Counted from the first letter of the stretch, positions 47,544 to 57,799 are shown. The stretch: 64,000 bases of DNA from Candidatus Heimdallarchaeota archaeon (GCA_020353515.1 CP070695.1:2486966-2550965), one strand, 5' to 3'. The notes: a model not told the origin generated them from the letters alone. A program made the numbers and translations.

Positions 47544-49316
47544 TTAATTTTTCACTATTAATTCTGGTAAAATAAGATGTTTACCAAAGATCCGTCTGTA
47601 ATCTTCTGAACTCTGTAGTAATTCATTGTGACTCCCCTCAGCGACATTTCTTCCCCGTTTAAGTACAATAATTTTGTCAGAAGTTCGGATTGTATGCAAT
47701 CGATGAGTGATGACTAGAGTTGTTCTATTCCTGATTACATTCTCCATTGCTTGTGTTATCTTTTCCTCTGTCTCGCTATCTACTGCAGATACGGAATCGT
47801 CAAGAATAAGAATTTCAGGGTCAGTCAAGAATGCACGAGCAATAGCAACACGCTGTTTTTCTCCACCAGAGAGACGTGTTCCTCTCTCTCCGACAATGGT
47901 GTTATATTCTTCAGGAAACTCCAAAGCGAATTCTTCAACTTGAGCAAGCTTTGCTGCATCCATAATTGCTTCATGGGTTGCACTCGGTCTACCAAACGCG
48001 ATATTATCACTTATCGTACGCGAAAAAAGATAGATATCTTGCTCTATATACCCAATGTGCCGTCTTAATTGATCAAGAGGATAATTTCGAATATCTATCC
48101 CATCTAATAAGATGGTTCCCTCTTGGGGTTCATAAAGACGTAAAAGCAACTTCACCAGAGTCGTTTTACCGCATCCCGTTGGACCTACAAGAGCTACTCG
48201 TTGATATGGCTCGATTTTGAAAGATAGATTCTTTAAAATCGGAGTATTTTTTGTTCCATCATCTCCATAAGCAAAAGTCACATCTCTAAACTCAATTGTA
48301 CCTTTAAAAGTATCTGGCCAAGTGAGAGCACTTTCTTGTTGTTCTTCCTCTTCCAATGACAAACTTGTATATAATCGTGAACATGCAGCAAAACCACTCA
48401 TCATATCATTAGTAGCCCAAAAGATCATATTAGTAGGATCAATGAGAGTGATTAAGAGTAAATTAGCTGCAATCAATGCCCCTATCGTTAACGTACCCTC
48501 GAATACAAATACACAACTCATAAGAAATGTCACGCCTATTGCTAAATACAGTACTAATAATGGATAAAATCTTGCCTGAACTTTTGTCTCTCCAATCCGA
48601 TTGTCCCGAAAGCCGATTACTGCTATGTGAAATTTTTCCCGTTCCAATTCTTCTGCAGTGAATGATCGTACAATCGCAACACCACTTATGCTGTCCTGTA
48701 ACACTACAGCCACATTTGAGTGGGTAACCATTCGGCCAGCAGCCCATGGAGCAATTTTCTTTCGGTAATCTAATATAAAAATCATGTAGAAAATAATGAA
48801 GGGGGAACAAATCAAGGCGAGTCTGAGATCAAGGGTTACTATCAATAGAAATGCTGCCATTATAACTTGAAAGAACGGATATAGGTAAAAGGCCCCATGA
48901 GAAATCATAGTATTGATAATGCGTAAATCATTAGTTGCTAGAGCTTGGAGATCACCTGTGCGTGCTTTATCATGATACCGTAATGGTTTATATTGAAGGG
49001 TGTCGAAGAATTCTTGCCGCATATTTTGTTCAGTCTTTAACCCTAAATAATGCCCGATCATCATTGTTATATAATCCATAGCATTCCGAGTAACAAAAAC
49101 TGCAAGTGCAACGGCGAGTAACAGTACTAAATTAGCTAAATCACGGGTTACAAGAGTTGTATCTATGATATATCCAATAACAATTGGAATGATGACCCTT
49201 GAGAAGGTAACAATAATAATACCAACAAGAACACCCACCACCAAGGATTTTTGCCTAGCAAGATGGTATAAAAACCACTTCCTATAGCTCGATATCTTTG
49301 TTAAATCCAAACTCAT
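47544..49316 (-). CDS. Heterodimeric ABC exporter subunit (TMD-NBD; degenerate Walker B)
   Basis: GPTGCGKT, LSGGEKQR, LDDSVS; ends 3 bp from its partner. Confidence 0.92.
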   Translation of the reverse strand: MSLDLTKISSYRKWFLYHLARQKSLVVGVLVGIIIVTFSRVIIPIVIGYIIDTTLVTRDLANLVLLLAVALAVFVTRNAMDYITMMIGHYLGLKTEQNMRQEFFDTLQYKPLRYHDKARTGDLQALATNDLRIINTMISHGAFYLYPFFQVIMAAFLLIVTLDLRLALICSPFIIFYMIFILDYRKKIAPWAAGRMVTHSNVAVVLQDSISGVAIVRSFTAEELEREKFHIAVIGFRDNRIGETKVQARFYPLLVLYLAIGVTFLMSCVFVFEGTLTIGALIAANLLLITLIDPTNMIFWATNDMMSGFAACSRLYTSLSLEEEEQQESALTWPDTFKGTIEFRDVTFAYGDDGTKNTPILKNLSFKIEPYQRVALVGPTGCGKTTLVKLLLRLYEPQEGTILLDGIDIRNYPLDQLRRHIGYIEQDIYLFSRTISDNIAFGRPSATHEAIMDAAKLAQVEEFALEFPEEYNTIVGERGTRLSGGEKQRVAIARAFLTDPEILILDDSVSAVDSETEEKITQAMENVIRNRTTLVITHRLHTIRTSDKIIVLKRGRNVAEGSHNELLQSSEDYRRIFGKHLILPELIVKN

Positions 49317-49485
49317 TCTATTTTCGCATTCCTCTGGTAAATCCTTTACTTAGATAAGGAAAATCATTGATTTAATTTAATTATTCTGTAATAATATTAT
49401 AATTGGTACAAAAATTAGAGAGATTCTACTCCAAAACTAGCTTACAATTAGTGAGTAATGGAAGCTTTTCGAATGATATTATCAA

Positions 49486-49884
49486 TCAATAAGTCGCTAA
49501 ATTCCTCACAAAATTTAAAACCCATGTCAGAAAAATTCCCAACCCAAGAATCCAAATAAGAATAATGACCACGGTTGTTTTCTTCCCTACGGGTACCTCT
49601 GTAAATTCTTCTTCCAATACCTTCTTACGACATTCCTCCATTATTTCTTTCGGAATCAATTTGAGAGCCAAAGATATTCCTAATGGAACTAGGATCAAAT
49701 CATCTATGTAACCTAGAATAGGAATGAAATCGGGTACTAGATCAATTGGACAGAAAGCATACCCAATGACGACTCCCAAAAATAAACGTTTCCACCTAGA
49801 GACGCGTGAGTCTTTATACACAAGATAAAGGGTGTATGTCTCTTTCTTAAGGTTAGACGCCTTAAGTTTTATTTTTGATAGCAA
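49486..49884 (-). CDS. YkvA/DUF1232 membrane protein
   Basis: YAFCPIDLVPDFIPILGYIDDL. Confidence 0.9.
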   Translation of the reverse strand: MLSKIKLKASNLKKETYTLYLVYKDSRVSRWKRLFLGVVIGYAFCPIDLVPDFIPILGYIDDLILVPLGISLALKLIPKEIMEECRKKVLEEEFTEVPVGKKTTVVIILIWILGLGIFLTWVLNFVRNLATY

Positions 49885-49958
49885 GATGATTTCCTTTTAT
49901 TCTAGAGTTCGATATTGTACTCTAGAAGGGAAAGGTTTTATTTGATTCGATCCCGTTT

Positions 49959-50537
49959 CTAGCGAACTGTTAACAAGGGAGCCCTTTTATGAATTTCTAT
50001 GAACTTCAGAATATTAACCCCAAGTAATGAGAAAGCCTCGGCGATATTTACTTCAGTTTTAGCAGAAGTCTCAATGAAATGACATTGAAATCCATCAGCT
50101 TCGGTCAGATTACTAAGATTGTTAGTAAAGGCCCATCCCTGATTACGAGAAATAGGATTATCTGCAATGGCACTCAAATCCATTTTATTTGCGACAACAA
50201 CAATAGGTACACGACCACGTCCATTATTTGTCCATAGCTCGTTAATCCATTTAGGTGTATTATAGAAAGAATCTGGTCGAGTGATATCATACACTAATAA
50301 CCCTCCTACGCAGCCTTTGTAATAAGCTTCCCTGACACCATCAAAGCGGTCTTGACCTGCTAAATCCCAAATTTGATATCGGACTGGAAATCCATTGATG
50401 CTATCATCACGCATTGCGAAATCAGCGCCAACCGTTAGAAAATACTGAGCCTTAAATCCGTTCCCTATATAACGCTCACGAATAGATGTTTTACCGACCC
50501 CACCATCACCAATTAGTGCGATCTTATATACTACCAT
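49959..50537 (-). CDS. Rab-like small GTPase (close paralog of 29599-30261)
   Basis: GDGGVGKT, TVGADF, RYQIWDLAGQDRF, LVYDIT, NKMD, ETSAK. Start moved to MVVYKI (50537, GAGGT SD). Confidence 0.95.
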   Translation of the reverse strand: MVVYKIALIGDGGVGKTSIRERYIGNGFKAQYFLTVGADFAMRDDSINGFPVRYQIWDLAGQDRFDGVREAYYKGCVGGLLVYDITRPDSFYNTPKWINELWTNNGRGRVPIVVVANKMDLSAIADNPISRNQGWAFTNNLSNLTEADGFQCHFIETSAKTEVNIAEAFSLLGVNILKFIEIHKRAPLLTVR

Positions 50538-50819
50538 TCTTAACCTCTCTTCTTCAAGCATCAGATTTTCGTCGGGAAAAAGTAAGATAAGACATGACTT
50601 TTCCCTACAAATGGTTATGAAAACCACACTCTAATAAAGAATTAAGATACTTAAAAGTGACAGTTTCTATTAATAAGTGACTTAATTGATTTTTTGAAGA
50701 TATCTCGTCTGTTCCTCAAGATTATCCTCTAAGGAATGATGGAACCTTATCTATCCTTTCTTCATCATAACGGCTTACCTCGAAATAAAGCTTAATATAA
50801 GGGATATACCTCCTAAAAA

Positions 50820-51575
50820 TTGAAACAGAAATTAAATGGATGGTTGAGTCCGTTGACACACATTCAGTTTTTTGGATATAATGCTTTTAAGATTCAAGAA
50901 GACGATTTACGAATAATCATTGATCCAGGCCGAAATCTAAAATGGAATAAACTGAATAGCTTGATTCCTAAACAAGAATGGGATGTTGACTATATTTTCA
51001 TTACCCACGAACATGATGATCACGCTGATTTTGCAATCAAAATAGCTAAACATTCAGACGCTAAAATTATCTGTCATATGAACCTACAACCGAAATATTC
51101 CAAGAAATTACCTAAAGACAGAGTTATTGGTTTGAATCCAGACATAAAAACTACATTAAATGGACTAGTCATTGAGACTTTTTCAGTGCTTCATGGTAAA
51201 GCAACCATACGCATTCTCAAAAGAAAATTCACAATCTCTCCAAAAAGTTCATCTTTAGGATTTAGCATCTTTCTAACAGAAAAATCACTTATGAACTTAG
51301 GGGATACAATCTTCCTCCCAGAATGGAAAGATAATCCCCCCCCGAAACATCCTGATATATTGATGATTCCTACTGGAGGTCAGATGACGATGGATCCAAT
51401 AGAAGCATCAGAGTTTGTGAAAGTAGTTAAACCTAAAGTTGTGATTCCGTGCCACTATCGCTGGCATATTTTATTTTATAAAAGAAGAAGTGATATCTCA
51501 CTTTTGAGAAAAACATGTGAAGAAAATGATATAATCTTCAAAGAGATGATACCAAGGGAAAAATGGGAATATTAA
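50820..51575 (+). CDS. Metallo-beta-lactamase-fold hydrolase (UPF0173-like)
   Basis: IDP, THEHDDH, GDT, VIPCHY. Confidence 0.88.
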   Translation: MKQKLNGWLSPLTHIQFFGYNAFKIQEDDLRIIIDPGRNLKWNKLNSLIPKQEWDVDYIFITHEHDDHADFAIKIAKHSDAKIICHMNLQPKYSKKLPKDRVIGLNPDIKTTLNGLVIETFSVLHGKATIRILKRKFTISPKSSSLGFSIFLTEKSLMNLGDTIFLPEWKDNPPPKHPDILMIPTGGQMTMDPIEASEFVKVVKPKVVIPCHYRWHILFYKRRSDISLLRKTCEENDIIFKEMIPREKWEY

Positions 51576-51605
51576 TGATAGTTCACACATGATATTGAAA
51601 AGGTT

Positions 51606-51820
51606 TTATTCTTTCTTCAATCGAATAATGGAACTGAATGAGGGAACGAATCCTTCAAAATCGACTAATCCTTTTTCTTTCATGGTTTTAAGACGTAAAC
51701 GAATGCCTTCAAATTTATCTGCAAGAGTTTCATTCAAAGTTTTATAATCTAGTTCCCCCCATGTTCTTCTAGAACTTTCATGATTTCCTGGTATTCGGGT
51801 TCATAGCCAATTGGTTCCAT
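51606..51820 (-). pseudogene. Small winged-helix-like protein gene frameshifted at a G6 run (or sequencing indel)
   Basis: GGTGA SD and ATG at 51820. Adding one G at 51755-60 gives 71 aa MEPIGYEPEYQEIMKVLEEHGGELDYKTLNETLADKFEGIRLRLKTMKEKGLVDFEGFVPSFSSIIRLKKE*. Confidence 0.7.
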
Positions 51821-52554
51821 TTTCACCAGCTCGCTTCTTTATTGATTATTCTTGTCTATACTTCTTCACTTATTAAGTCAGGTGTATGAAATCTGTAATT
51901 TCCTACAGTGTCGATTATCAGTTATGGCTCCAAGATAGAATAATCGCCAGACAATACGAATAAGCGAATTTAATCATTTGATTGATTACTTTCCTCCTCA
52001 CTAGTCCTAGAATACCATTGGGGTTCTAATACTAACTGGCCATCATACTTTAAAAATTCAAGTATTTTTCGCACTTGTTTTCTTCTTTCAAGAGACACTA
52101 CGGTTTCCTCTTTCAACGTCATGATCGAACACGTTTTTATATGATCTACATCAACCGTATCCTTAAGACAGGTAATAATTCTGACTTTTCATTCTTAAAA
52201 AACCCTGAATAAATTATCCGAAAAAATAGATTATATTACTCAATAAGATCAATAGAATCAGCTAGAGGATTGAATCCATTAATTCCACAACTCCAACAAA
52301 ATTTTACACACTTATGTATACACAGAAAACTATTGAAAACGATGAAAACCTAGGAAGAGGTTAGTAAAAATTAACAATTTGATTTTTAATAGATCAGTGA
52401 ATAAATTAAGGTCAGATATTTATAAATATTTGTTTGAATCCGTATACAGCGTAAACGGTAATTATAAATAATTGTTTAGCTTATCTACTAACTGGAATTC
52501 AGACTAGTTGGAAGCTGAATACCTCAAAAGTAGTATTAACAAGGTGAGACATAG

Positions 52555-52983
52555 ATGGAAAAATTTAATGTAAGTCGAATAGGTTTAGGATTATTTTATT
52601 TAATTGCAGGGGTGGTCAATCTGGTCCACACGATACATAATACCCATTATTTGTGGAGTGTATGCCTAGAAAATGTTCACTTCTCATTTTATAAAGAATT
52701 TCTCGAACAAATCGTCATCCCAAATGAGATACTGATTATTTTACTGGTTATTGTCTTTGAATTCATAGTAGGGATCCTTATTCTTAGTAAAGAATTCTTT
52801 GTTAAAATTGGGTTATCATTAGCAATCCTATGGGTTTTAATTATTGCCCCGTTCCTCCCATGGGTTGATGTCTTTGGTCATCTAGTCTTGGGTATGTTCC
52901 AAGCACTTCTTTTGATAGGAAACTATGAAACAACTGTTTTGGAGATAATACAATCTAAAATATCAAAAGAACATTTTTACTGA
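52555..52983 (+). CDS. 4-TM membrane protein (DoxX-like)
   Basis: R..LGLFY..AG, E...G.L.L pattern; GGTGA SD. Confidence 0.65.
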   Translation: MEKFNVSRIGLGLFYLIAGVVNLVHTIHNTHYLWSVCLENVHFSFYKEFLEQIVIPNEILIILLVIVFEFIVGILILSKEFFVKIGLSLAILWVLIIAPFLPWVDVFGHLVLGMFQALLLIGNYETTVLEIIQSKISKEHFY

Positions 52984-53053
52984 TATAGTAAGCCTAATAT
53001 GACTACACTCATAATCGAATCTTAATTTTCAAATAGAACAAATAATTCCAACA

Positions 53054-54742
53054 GTGTTTTATTTCTTGAAATACTATCGATTATTAATGAGTGTGTCTAT
53101 AATGCGTTTAATGACATTCCCCAGACTGGTAGTACTGAGAAAAATTACCTCACATCGTTCAGGACTTACAATGTGGATGTTTCTAGCTATTTCCCTTATT
53201 CTTCCCAATCAAGGATCTATCTTTCTAGATCAAAGTTTTGGAATAAATACTGAATCTATCACTTCTAATCATAATAATTTATCAGTTATTCTGATGATTG
53301 GAGATGGAATGGGATTTGAGCACGTTAAGCTGGCTCAATGGGTTGAAAAGGGTGTTAATGGGACATTAAGTATGCAAGAGCTTCCCATACAAGGTGAAGT
53401 CCAAACTCGTAACATAGAGAATACGATCACTGATAGTGCAGCAAGTGGAACGGCAATGGCAACTGGTTACAAAACATATAATGGAATATTATCCTTTACT
53501 CTTACTAATGTTGAATTACCATCTATTTTGGAATTATCTCAACAATTAAACAAATCAACTGGCGTTGTTACTACTACTGAGGTCACACATGCAACCCCTG
53601 CATCCTTTTATTCTCATGTTCTTAGTCGAAATGATGAAATAACTATTGCCCACCAACTTGTAACAAGTGGAGTAAATGTTGTTATGGGAGGTGGGAGAAA
53701 CATATTTATCACTTACCAACAAGAGTTACAAGCTAAAGGTTACACAATTGTCAATAATCGATCTGAACTTCATTCTGTAACTGGAGATAAGGTTTTTGGG
53801 CTTTTTACCGACGATGCATTACCTTATGAACAATATCGCGATAATAACACCATTCCTTCGTTGTCCGAAATGACAAATAAATCCTTGGAGCTATTATCCC
53901 AAGATGAGGATGGTTTTTTTCTCATGGTAGAAGGAGGTCAAATCGATTGGGCGAATCATGCGAATAATGGTGTAAACACGGCTCTTGAAACCATAGAATT
54001 TGACAAGGCTGTAAGAACAGCAATTGAGTTCGTTAACACTCATGATAATGCAATTTTAATTGTAACAGCGGATCACGAAACAGGTGGGTTAACTCTTACA
54101 TCCGAGTCGTTAACCACTCCGCTTCCAGCAGAAAATAATTTAGAAGAATATAACGATGAACTCCGAATTAACCGTACGAGAGAGATCTCCCTTTCATGGA
54201 GTACAGGAGGTCACAGTCTCGCGAATGTGCCGATATTTGCATGGGGAGAAAGTTTAACAGCAATATCTAACACCACCATTGACAACACCCAGATTTATGC
54301 TCTAATGAAAAATTTCATCCTACCAGACGATAGAGGAAAACCAGCAATTACGATAGTCTACCCAGAAAACAAGACTTATAATATTTCAAGGATCACTTTG
54401 TCAATTAGTTCAAATGAATCTCTTCCATGGGTGGTGTATTCTCTCAATAATGGTCCAAATGTCACAGTTCCCCTATTAATAAAATCATTCACCTTCCTTG
54501 CAGACGGAAGTCATTTAATCAAAATTTATGGTAATGATACTATGGGTAATATGGGTAGTACAGAGGTCTATTTCACAATTAAAACTAGCTTCGATGAATC
54601 ATCGTCCACTCTTGTAAGCTCGACCACCTCAAGTACCTCAACTACATCAACCACCCCAACCACATCCATCGGTCTTACCTGGATTTTCCCAATCCTTCTC
54701 TTTCCAATCCTAATCATACGGAAGAAAAGAAAATCACTTTAG
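53054..54742 (+). CDS. Alkaline phosphatase (PhoA family) with Ig-like domain, S/T linker and C-terminal anchor
   Basis: IGDGMG, TDSAASGTA, HATPA, MVEGGQIDWANH, TADHETGG; C-terminal TM plus RKKRK. Start uncertain. Confidence 0.93.
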   Translation: MFYFLKYYRLLMSVSIMRLMTFPRLVVLRKITSHRSGLTMWMFLAISLILPNQGSIFLDQSFGINTESITSNHNNLSVILMIGDGMGFEHVKLAQWVEKGVNGTLSMQELPIQGEVQTRNIENTITDSAASGTAMATGYKTYNGILSFTLTNVELPSILELSQQLNKSTGVVTTTEVTHATPASFYSHVLSRNDEITIAHQLVTSGVNVVMGGGRNIFITYQQELQAKGYTIVNNRSELHSVTGDKVFGLFTDDALPYEQYRDNNTIPSLSEMTNKSLELLSQDEDGFFLMVEGGQIDWANHANNGVNTALETIEFDKAVRTAIEFVNTHDNAILIVTADHETGGLTLTSESLTTPLPAENNLEEYNDELRINRTREISLSWSTGGHSLANVPIFAWGESLTAISNTTIDNTQIYALMKNFILPDDRGKPAITIVYPENKTYNISRITLSISSNESLPWVVYSLNNGPNVTVPLLIKSFTFLADGSHLIKIYGNDTMGNMGSTEVYFTIKTSFDESSSTLVSSTTSSTSTTSTTPTTSIGLTWIFPILLFPILIIRKKRKSL

Positions 54743-54751
54743 ATCTAACAC

Positions 54752-55075
54752 TCACAATTCTTTATCTTTTTCTAATTTATCAACAAAGGCCTTTAATTGA
54801 ACCAGTGTATTATGATAAACTTGAATTCCATTTTGTGTGATATCAACAAGCGCCCGTGGGCCTTTAAGGGTTATAACATGTCTTTGTTCTATGTATTGAG
54901 CTTTCTGTAACTGTTTTATGTGAGCTGTAAGCGCTCCCCATGTTAGTTGACATTTTTTTTGGAGATCTCCTTGAGTCAACGGGCCAAGTGCAACAAGTAG
55001 ACTGATAATTAACAAACGTTTGGCATTAAATAGTACAGGATCAATTTCCCGAAAATTATTGACCCAATCAGTCAC
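54752..55075 (-). CDS. Small winged-helix regulator (HTH_34/MarR-like)
   Basis: IDPVLFNAKRLLII...LTWGALTAHIKQL..AQYI...ITQNG. Confidence 0.85.
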   Translation of the reverse strand: MTDWVNNFREIDPVLFNAKRLLIISLLVALGPLTQGDLQKKCQLTWGALTAHIKQLQKAQYIEQRHVITLKGPRALVDITQNGIQVYHNTLVQLKAFVDKLEKDKEL

Positions 55076-55680
55076 TTAGTAACAACCTTCTTCTCAGCTT
55101 GATACATTGAATATGAGGTGCTCAGAGAAGCTAAGATTAATGCTATTCCTGGAGTTATGAATATGTTTGGTTCACCTGGTTGCAAGAGGAGAACTAAAAG
55201 TACAATTGGGGAAAAAAATACTAAGGCCAATCCAAGTAACAAGATAGGCCTAGCAAAAAGCATATCATTCGAGAAGTGTTTTTGTTCTGAAGTTATACCA
55301 ATAGCTAAACTCCCAAAACCAAGAAGGGGAAACCATAGAAAATATGTTGAAATGGGATTACCTAAGAGAAAATTGATAACATACCCGAAGATAATTATCG
55401 CAGGATAAGCTATCACCCAGAGGCCCATCCTGATTCTCCTTAGTACATGTCTATATACGAAAAGATGAAGAAATACCGCACCAATTGAGACAATCACCCA
55501 AAATATTAAAAATACTATCCAGTATGGCTCAAAAAATGACTGTACAATAATTAAACTGCTACTGATGATCGTCATGATGACTAAATTACCTAAGGCATAA
55601 GCAAGAGTTTGACGATAGACTGATAAATCAGCAGATACCTGCATCAATTGTGTAAAATTGACAATATCCTTTTCTTCCAC
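55072..55680 (-). CDS. 6-TM membrane protein coupled to the wHTH gene
   Basis: Hydrophobic; 4 bp GTGA overlap with the regulator. Confidence 0.75.
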   Translation of the reverse strand: MEEKDIVNFTQLMQVSADLSVYRQTLAYALGNLVIMTIISSSLIIVQSFFEPYWIVFLIFWVIVSIGAVFLHLFVYRHVLRRIRMGLWVIAYPAIIIFGYVINFLLGNPISTYFLWFPLLGFGSLAIGITSEQKHFSNDMLFARPILLLGLALVFFSPIVLLVLLLQPGEPNIFITPGIALILASLSTSYSMYQAEKKVVTK

Positions 55681-55761
55681 ATCTAATTGCTCCTGATTAA
55701 TTCAATTCAGTAAAACAAATGAGTCTTAAAAGATTTCTAAAAAGAAGGGAGGGGTAATAGA

Positions 55762-56580
55762 TTACAATGTTTTTTTCTGGAATAATTTGATACCAATGAA
55801 AATAGTTCCTAATAAGATGAAGAGAATGATGACTAACGATCCCCAAAGAGGAAGAATACTAAATTCTGCTTGAAATATATTTTGAGAATTTAGTCTCAAA
55901 GTATCACTCCATAAATCATCGCCTAGTATTATTACCTGTTGATATAATTGATTTACCCAGAACGGAGGACAGAGATACACAATGGGACTTTCAAAGGGGA
56001 TCATAGACCCACTGAGAAAAATAATAGGCATAACATACATCATGGAGAAACCAACAGCCGCATTTGCTGTTTTAGCATAAGCTGAAATAATGATTCCAAT
56101 TCCCAAGGTTGAGAGACCAAAAATAAAGATAATCAGAAAACCCAAGAAAAGAAGATTGAGGTTATTTTTGTACCACTGAGCTCCAAGTAAGCCATAACTA
56201 ATTGTAAACATCAAAACAAGTTGTATAATAAGGAAAACGGATTCACTTACTAATGTTCCAATGAATATCTTAGCTCGTCCAACTGGGGTTGTATCAAGCC
56301 TGGTTAACGTTAAACGTTCTTTCTCAATAGTGAGCGAAGTTGCTGCATTTATTGTCCCAAAAGAGGCGGTATATATCAACATGCCAGAGACAGCCATATC
56401 AAAAACGGTTATTCCACTAATTGACACTGTCATTGGCTTAAATATAAAATAAAACAGGATAGTAAACAGTAATGGAAAACCAAACGAATAAAGATACGTT
56501 TGACGATTCCTCAGTTTGATTTTCAGATTTTTTGCAGCGATTGCGTTAATAATCGGGAAATCCTGTTGTAAGAAACTCAT
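55762..56580 (-). CDS. ABC-2 type permease
   Basis: EKERLTLTRLDTTPV, FLSGSMIP; ATGA overlap with the ATPase. Confidence 0.9.
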   Translation of the reverse strand: MSFLQQDFPIINAIAAKNLKIKLRNRQTYLYSFGFPLLFTILFYFIFKPMTVSISGITVFDMAVSGMLIYTASFGTINAATSLTIEKERLTLTRLDTTPVGRAKIFIGTLVSESVFLIIQLVLMFTISYGLLGAQWYKNNLNLLFLGFLIIFIFGLSTLGIGIIISAYAKTANAAVGFSMMYVMPIIFLSGSMIPFESPIVYLCPPFWVNQLYQQVIILGDDLWSDTLRLNSQNIFQAEFSILPLWGSLVIILFILLGTIFIGIKLFQKKTL

Positions 56581-57524
56581 TCTCTTAACCTCCGACCAGT
56601 CAAATGTAAGAATACATCTTCCAAAGTAGTCTGTCGTAAGCTTATACTTTCAAGTTCAGTAACATCATTAATCACTTCTTCTTGTAAGATTTTGATGAAA
56701 TTAATAATTCCCCCATTAAAATATATGTTCACTTTTTTCTCACCTTCAATGAATACTTGTTTTAGAAAATCTAGAAGCTCAACTGATTTTTTGAATTCAT
56801 GAGCTTTTTCTTCATGCACAAAAACGACTTCTAGAATGTTTTCATCACTATATTTCTCTTTCAATGATTTTGGGGCACCTTTAGCAATGATCTTCCCATT
56901 ATCAATTATCAATACACGATCACTAAGCATCTCAGCTTCATTCATATCATGAGTGGTTAAAATAATCGTTTTACCGTCTTTTTTCAGCTCTTTAATATAA
57001 TCCCAGACAACATGTTTAGCCTGGGGATCTAATCCTGCTGTAGGTTCATCAAGGAATAATATATCGGGCTGCATAACAAAGGCAATCGCAATGTTAAGAC
57101 GACGTTTCATCCCACCTGAAAAATTTTTTGTTTTATCCTTTCGATTGCCCAAACCTAGCTTCTCTAGGATTTGGTCTGCCTTTAAGTTTAACTCCTTCTT
57201 GGAAAAACCATGCATCATACCAAAAAAAACTAGGTTTTCTTTGGCGGTCAGTTCCTCATAATATACATAATCTTGAGGAACTGTACCAATTATCGATTTA
57301 ATTGTTAAATCTTTGAGAACATCTTTTCCATTAATTAAGGCTACCCCTTCATCAGGTTTAAGAATAGTAGTTAAGATCTTAATGAGTGTTGTTTTTCCCG
57401 CACCATTCGGACCTAAAATACTCACTAGTTCGCCTTTATTAACAGTAATTTCCAGATGATCTACAACAACGTTATCACCATAGATTTTAGTTAAATTGCT
57501 TGTTTCAATAGCTAGATCCATCAT
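56577..57524 (-). CDS. ABC-2 (DrrA-like) ATPase
   Basis: GPNGAGKT, FSGGMKRR, LDEPTAGLDP, TTHDM, TLEDVFL.LTG. Confidence 0.95.
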   Translation of the reverse strand: MMDLAIETSNLTKIYGDNVVVDHLEITVNKGELVSILGPNGAGKTTLIKILTTILKPDEGVALINGKDVLKDLTIKSIIGTVPQDYVYYEELTAKENLVFFGMMHGFSKKELNLKADQILEKLGLGNRKDKTKNFSGGMKRRLNIAIAFVMQPDILFLDEPTAGLDPQAKHVVWDYIKELKKDGKTIILTTHDMNEAEMLSDRVLIIDNGKIIAKGAPKSLKEKYSDENILEVVFVHEEKAHEFKKSVELLDFLKQVFIEGEKKVNIYFNGGIINFIKILQEEVINDVTELESISLRQTTLEDVFLHLTGRRLRE

Positions 57525-57536
57525 TTTTTACACTTC

Positions 57537-57565
57537 TTTGAGTATGATAGTCAATCTTACTCAAA
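57537..57565. promoter_or_regulatory. Inverted repeat upstream of the first ABC-2 operon
   Basis: TTTGAGTATGAT-agtca-ATCTTACTCAAA (12 bp arms, 1 mismatch), 12 bp upstream of the start. Confidence 0.55.
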
Positions 57566-57799
57566 ATTCCCATCTTAATAAATCCGGAAGAGACTTTGTT
57601 CCGAAAAGTACAAAGATTTTGAAATTCGAAGATGAGAACTCATTTTTTTTGTGTGTGAAAAAAAAAAAGGTGATAGGTTCAATTCTATGGTCTTGAATGT
57701 TTAAATAGGAAATGTTTGAATGATATTTCATCCCAAGTAAATGTTAGATAGATAGATTATAGATGAATGACTCATTTTTCAAGTTGTTTATCTATTGAA

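Noticed and set aside
50538-50627. N-terminal extension of the third GTPase
   Set aside because: The paralogs begin at the first beta-strand, and an SD precedes the ATG at 50537.
51970-52192. Minus-strand frame VRIITCLKDTVDVDHIK... resembling an ETF-beta N-terminus
   Set aside because: The similarity covers under 20 residues, needs a frameshift at the start and does not continue; too weak to call.
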